From an uncultured bacterium (GTDB lineage Bacteria; Verrucomicrobiota; Verrucomicrobiia; Verrucomicrobiales; DEV007): a stretch of DNA of 58,898 nucleotides. Below the pieces are notes generated by a model. It was given only the letters and a program-made list of their open reading frames with translations, was not told where the DNA came from and ran no database searches. Every line of letters begins with the position of its first letter. Position 1 is the first letter of the stretch. Where the stretch lies: positions 1-58,898 of the forward strand of contig CAXBMO010000032.1 of the NCBI GenBank assembly GCA_963977015.1, in the 5' to 3' direction. A program made the translations under genes and the position numbers. Of this stretch, positions 54,505 to 58,898 are shown one piece after another.

Positions 54505-55998
54505 TTGAATTTCTCCATCATATTCCGGATTCTCGGAACAATTCTCAGCCTGTTGGCCCTGATGATGGGGCTTTGCTTCTTGGGAACCTGGATCATGTCC
54601 ATCCACAGCGGAGAAGGCGAGGGAATGAAGTCGATCGGCTATTCCATTCTCATCACCGGCGCGTTTGGTGGCTTACTGTTCTATCTCGGCCGAAAAAGCA
54701 GCCCGGAACAGATTTTGAGAAAGGAGGCGATCGCCACCGTCGCATTGGGCTGGATTGTCGCCTCGTTTTTCGGGTGTTTGCCCTATGTTCTGGGCGAGGC
54801 TCACTTTTCGCTGCCCCGGGCGTTCTTCGAGTCCATGTCTGCCTTTACGACGACCGGGGCGACCGTGTTTACGGATCTCAATGACACCCCCTCCGGCATC
54901 CTCCTCTGGCGAAGCCTTTCCCAGTGGCTCGGCGGGTTGGGCATTCTCGCGCTGGTGGTCGCATTGCTCTCCATCCTCGGGGTCGGCGGCAAGCACCTGT
55001 TCGGGGTGGAAACGTCCATGAACCTGAGTGGTTCGCCGATGGCCCGGGCCCAGGATTTGACCGTTCGTCTCTGGATCGTGTACTGCGGATTGACGATCGT
55101 CTGCTGGCTCGGCCTGTGGATCATCGGCAGCCGGGCACCCATTCCGGCCACCGGCTTTGAGGCGTTTCTCTATGCGCTGACCACGGTTTCGACCGGAGGC
55201 TTCGCGCCCCACAACGCCAGTGCCGGACATTTCAACAGCGCGGCGGTGGAGATCTTTCTCTGCATTTTCATGTTCATCAGCAGCCTGAACATGATCCTGG
55301 TGACCTACACGTTCTTCGGCAATTTTCAGTCGAAAGCCGGTCGAACCGAAGCCATCGGCTTTGCCGTCATGATTCTCGCGGCGTGGTTTACCATCACGCT
55401 CGATCTCTGGTTGAACCATGAGTCGGAAGGCTGGGCCGCGTTGCGCGAAAGCCTCTTCCCCGTCGTCTCGCTCGCCTCCTCAACCGGCTTTGCCGCCGGT
55501 GACTACGATCAATGGCCGCTCTTTGCCCGAACCGTGCTCTTTTTCCTGATGGTCGTTGGAGGTTGCAGCGGCTCGACGGCGGGCGGCGTCAAGGTTGCCC
55601 GCCTCGTCATCTTGTTGAAGGTCATCTCCCAGGAAATTGCGAAGACGTTTCGTCCCAAGCTCGTGTCCTCCGTCAAGATTGACGGGAAAGCCATCAGCAC
55701 GGAGGGCCAACTCGCCGTCCTCACCTACCTCGCCCTCACCGCCGGAATCATCCTCTTTTCCACCTCGCTCATCTCCATGTTCGAACCCGGGATCGACGAT
55801 CTCAACTCCGCCTTCGGCGCGGTGCTCGCGACCTTTTTCAACATGGGCCCCGGCTTTGGTTCGCTCGGCCCAACTGACAACTTCGCCCACCTGCACCAGG
55901 TGACCCTGGTCTACCTCAGCCTGCTCATGTTGCTGGGACGCCTCGAGATTTTCGTCGTCCTGACGCTATTCTCAAAGCACCTCTGGGCGAAGTATTAG
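54505..55998 (+). CDS. trkH: Trk-type potassium uptake membrane protein
   Basis: FESMSAFTTTGAT, QWLGGLG, STGGF, GGCSGSTAGG, NMGPG, LGRLE; start placed at TTG (LNFSII). Confidence 0.92.
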   Translation: MNFSIIFRILGTILSLLALMMGLCFLGTWIMSIHSGEGEGMKSIGYSILITGAFGGLLFYLGRKSSPEQILRKEAIATVALGWIVASFFGCLPYVLGEAHFSLPRAFFESMSAFTTTGATVFTDLNDTPSGILLWRSLSQWLGGLGILALVVALLSILGVGGKHLFGVETSMNLSGSPMARAQDLTVRLWIVYCGLTIVCWLGLWIIGSRAPIPATGFEAFLYALTTVSTGGFAPHNASAGHFNSAAVEIFLCIFMFISSLNMILVTYTFFGNFQSKAGRTEAIGFAVMILAAWFTITLDLWLNHESEGWAALRESLFPVVSLASSTGFAAGDYDQWPLFARTVLFFLMVVGGCSGSTAGGVKVARLVILLKVISQEIAKTFRPKLVSSVKIDGKAISTEGQLAVLTYLALTAGIILFSTSLISMFEPGIDDLNSAFGAVLATFFNMGPGFGSLGPTDNFAHLHQVTLVYLSLLMLLGRLEIFVVLTLFSKHLWAKY

Positions 55999-56127
55999 GC
56001 GCGTTAATCTGCCATTTACCGCTCACAGCCGAAAAGTGAGTAAACATCAGGTTTTGCTTTGACCTAACCCACACCATACTTTTCTCTAAACAATTGGGTG
56101 CAGAATAACTGATCCGCAGCTGGATAA

Positions 56128-57459
56128 GTGATGATCAAGCGAATACTTTCCAACATTAGATGGGCACGTCGATCAAAAGAAAGGCAGTTGGGCTGTCCGT
56201 ACTGCGAGACCGAGAACACTCCAAAACTTAAACTTAAAAAGCGAAGGAGACGGATATCTGATAATCAACTCTGTAACGGATGTTGGCTTCCAATCCTGAC
56301 ATCTTGCTCGGAATGTGGCGAAAATCTCGATGATTTGTCTGAGACTTGTTGGAATTGTTCTGCCCATATTTATCCGCCACTTGAAACGGCGGACAAAAGG
56401 AAACTACCGAAGTTTCTTCGACTTGAAACCAGTCGAATCGAACATTTTCAGAACAGCTCTATCGAAAAGTGGCGCGAGCAAGATTTATTTAAGAAGCACG
56501 GAGCCACAATCTCAAAAATGCCCGCACCTTGGCTTACTGAAGATAGGTTAGATTTCATAAAATATGGCCCCAAAATCTTTATACACTTGGAAACCCTTGC
56601 TCGAATTCCATCTACTCAGTCTCTAAACTCCTCATCCTCTACATACTGCGACGCAATACAATCCAAATTTGAAGGGCACATCAAAGACTATAGTGACCGA
56701 ATGGAGAACTATCGCTTGCAGTTGCGATCGCAACCCGAAGTCATCAATTACCATAATGGTATAGCAAATCTTGCGATTGACAAAATTTTCCAAGCAATAA
56801 GCGACGTTCGAATTGAACTAGGCCAAATCGTTGAGAATGCACCATTGGATTCGGCTAGAGTCAACGTATTGAAGCTCTTACAGGAGCAGAAGAAAACGTT
56901 TCACCCTAACATCCTGCAACGTGGTAGTAATGAGTTAAGTCGAGCAATAAAGTCTACGGCAAGATCTACCCTAGAAGTCGCCGGGTTCGTGGGGGCGGCC
57001 GTCCTAACAGGTGGATACCTCATTCTTAAATTTGGAGGTCTGGATCTACCACTTGATAATCTTGAAGTGGACATGAACCTCGAAGACATCGGGACTACTC
57101 CCGAACCAGAAGAGACCCTTAACAAAATGGCGTCCAGAGCTATTGAAGGCGCATTGAGCCAAATTCAGACGGTAGCCGCAGAAGGTGTCGCAGATTCAAT
57201 CTACACCTATTCTTGCGAACACATCGAAGAGATCGCTTCGTTTTTGGCCATCCCGAAAAGAGGCTCTTTTGAATCCCCCCAAGAAAGCACAATGGGATTG
57301 GTCGGAGATTTCGTGGAATCTGCCACTAGAGTTCATGAACAAATGATCGAAAGACTCAATGATAGGCTCTCACAGATAATTCAACTTCTTGCCTATCTCA
57401 GGGCAAACGAATTGTGTCTCATCCGCCAATCAGGACATGTAGGTATCGACTTACTCTAA
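56128..57459 (+). CDS. Hypothetical protein with N-terminal zinc ribbons (four CxxC), AT-rich
   Basis: CPYC, CNGC, CSEC, CWNC; helical body with one hydrophobic segment. Confidence 0.7.
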   Translation: MMIKRILSNIRWARRSKERQLGCPYCETENTPKLKLKKRRRRISDNQLCNGCWLPILTSCSECGENLDDLSETCWNCSAHIYPPLETADKRKLPKFLRLETSRIEHFQNSSIEKWREQDLFKKHGATISKMPAPWLTEDRLDFIKYGPKIFIHLETLARIPSTQSLNSSSSTYCDAIQSKFEGHIKDYSDRMENYRLQLRSQPEVINYHNGIANLAIDKIFQAISDVRIELGQIVENAPLDSARVNVLKLLQEQKKTFHPNILQRGSNELSRAIKSTARSTLEVAGFVGAAVLTGGYLILKFGGLDLPLDNLEVDMNLEDIGTTPEPEETLNKMASRAIEGALSQIQTVAAEGVADSIYTYSCEHIEEIASFLAIPKRGSFESPQESTMGLVGDFVESATRVHEQMIERLNDRLSQIIQLLAYLRANELCLIRQSGHVGIDLL

Positions 57460-57620
57460 TCTTTCGGAAATCGACTGAGCCGCACAAGATTCCCCGGAAC
57501 AATCGACCGCACGATTAAGTTCGGATTTCCTACGAACTTAGGCTTCCAGCATCCTATCTAGCTCTCCGCCGCGCTACTATCCGTGATCTTTCCGCCAACC
57601 AATCGATTTTTAGTTCGAAG

Positions 57621-57839
57621 TTACGCACGTTGAACGGAAGGCTCTGGCAACTGTTTCCCAAGTTCGTTTGCACGTTGAATGTGCCATTCGATCAGATCAA
57701 ACAACTCCGCGTAAGCGAGTTTTGGATCCTCGTTGTGGCACATTCCGCCACGGGACAAATCCGGGCAATAGCCGATAAAGCACTGATCGTCTTCACTCCA
57801 TTCGACCCAGTGATGATATTTTCTGGCTTCTGCGGTCAT
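57621..57839 (-). CDS. HicB-like antitoxin-domain small protein
   Basis: Y..WVEWSEDDQCFIGYCPDL..G.CH..D...AY.EL...G..LP.P pattern of HicB RNase H-like domains. Confidence 0.75.
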   Translation of the reverse strand: MTAEARKYHHWVEWSEDDQCFIGYCPDLSRGGMCHNEDPKLAYAELFDLIEWHIQRANELGKQLPEPSVQRA

Positions 57840-58130
57840 CTCATTGTGAGGCGTTTTAAACGAACCTGTATCCAATGGATTTGACAAGGATCAAGTAAAG
57901 AGTGCGGCTTTGCCGAAGGAAGAGCGAAAGCGGAATTTTTGGCTACCTGCTGCGTCCTTACGCTGTCAAAGAGCTTGCTCTGCTCCCTCATGCTGCCTTG
58001 CAGGACACCAGATCTTCTCGCTTCAATGGCTACCTCCCCACTTAAGGTGCTCTGGAGCGCCTGAAAATACGAGCAAGACACGGGAACCAATAGATTTGAC
58101 CAAAATTGATGACACGGCACAACGAGCCCA

Positions 58131-58234
58131 GCCTGAAAGGCTGAGACATGCCAGCCCGGGGCATCGCGAGCTCACAGCGAGCAACGCCCCGGGTAAGACA
58201 CCAGCAAGAATCGAGCGCTGAAAGTGCGAGACAA
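58131..58234. repeat. REP-like palindromic array, left flank of second RAYT
   Basis: gcctgaaaggc...cccggggc...gccccggg...gcgctgaaagtgcgagacaa; inverted copy at 58719-58821. Confidence 0.82.
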
Positions 58235-58262
58235 TCGTCCTCAAAATGGTTGATTGGAAGCG

Positions 58263-58712
58263 ATGGCTCAATCTCTCTCCAAGGTTTACATCCATCTTGT
58301 TTTCAGCACCAAAAACCGGGAGCCGTTGATTGCTGACGAATGGCAACCGGATCTCTGGGCTTATCTTGCTGGCGCGATTCAGGGACAGAAATGTTTTGCT
58401 CACCGAATTGGAGGCGTCAGGGATCACGTTCACATTCTTTTCGAGCAGCACCGGACAACGTCCCTGAGCAAGGTGGTGGGAGAGATCAAATCCGAAACCA
58501 GCAAATGGATCAAAGCACAAAAGGGAGTTAACCAATTTGCATGGCAAGCGGGCTACGGAGCGTTTTCGGTGAGCGCGTCAAACGTTGAGGAAGTGAAGTC
58601 CTACATTGACCAACAGGCGTCCCATCATCAGAAGAAGACCTTCCAGGATGAGTTTCGTGAGTTTCTGTCGAGATACGGTGTGGAATACGATGAACGCTAT
58701 GTTTGGGACTAA
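58263..58712 (+). mobile_element. IS200/IS605-type Y1 HUH transposase (RAYT)
   Basis: MAQSLS..HLVFSTKNR, DHVHIL, FAWQAGYG, YIDQQ..HH, ERYVWD; paralog of 192-644. Confidence 0.9.
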
Positions 58713-58718
58713 GAACGC

Positions 58719-58821
58719 TTGTCTCACGCCTTCAGCGCTCGCAACTGCGGGCATCCTGACCCGGGGCTTTGCTCGCTGAAGCTCGCGCCACCCCGGGCTG
58801 GCATATTCTGGCCTTTCAGGC
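58719..58821. repeat. REP-like palindromic array, right flank of second RAYT
   Basis: Imperfect reverse complement of 58131-58234. Confidence 0.82.
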
Positions 58822-58898
58822 CAACTCGTACTGCACTTAGGGTGCGTTTGAAAAAGAGGTCGAGACGCGCTGCGAGTGATTTTGTCGACTGGGAATGA

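Overview
Genomic window from a PVC-superphylum bacterium, most likely Verrucomicrobia. This is inferred from the sulfatases, DUF1552/DUF1592/DUF1501/PSD1 cytochrome-c proteins and ECF-sigma/FecR pairs. The most remarkable part is a minus-strand unit at about 870-6535, which the ORF track almost entirely misses. In transcription order it has: a sigma70-type promoter (TTGACA-N17-TAAGGT); a 63-codon leader ORF whose last codons can pair with the 5' arm of the intrinsic terminator just downstream (a candidate translation-sensing attenuator); two or three unassigned structured RNAs; an array of 30 tRNA or tRNA-like genes covering all 20 amino acids; three Y-RNA-like genes; and a Ro60/TROVE (Rsr) gene. 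Most array tRNAs are non-canonical: a G55 T-loop co-varying with A18, short-variable-arm Leu tRNAs, and Ile-UAU, Arg-GCG and Arg-UCG anticodons. Two of them lack a D-arm and share an apparent pseudoknot. Elsewhere the window has an LRR-Roc-COR-TIR-TM-caspase fusion with near-identical 69-bp repeats, a probable selenocysteine ArsC (in-frame UGA plus SECIS-like hairpin), two REP-flanked RAYT/Y1 transposases, a repeat-flanked GxxExxY gene, a small islet bounded by a 74-bp direct repeat, and sulfatase/DUF1552-DUF1592 clusters. All RNA folds and coordinates were derived by hand; ends may be off by 1-2 nt and nothing was searched against databases.
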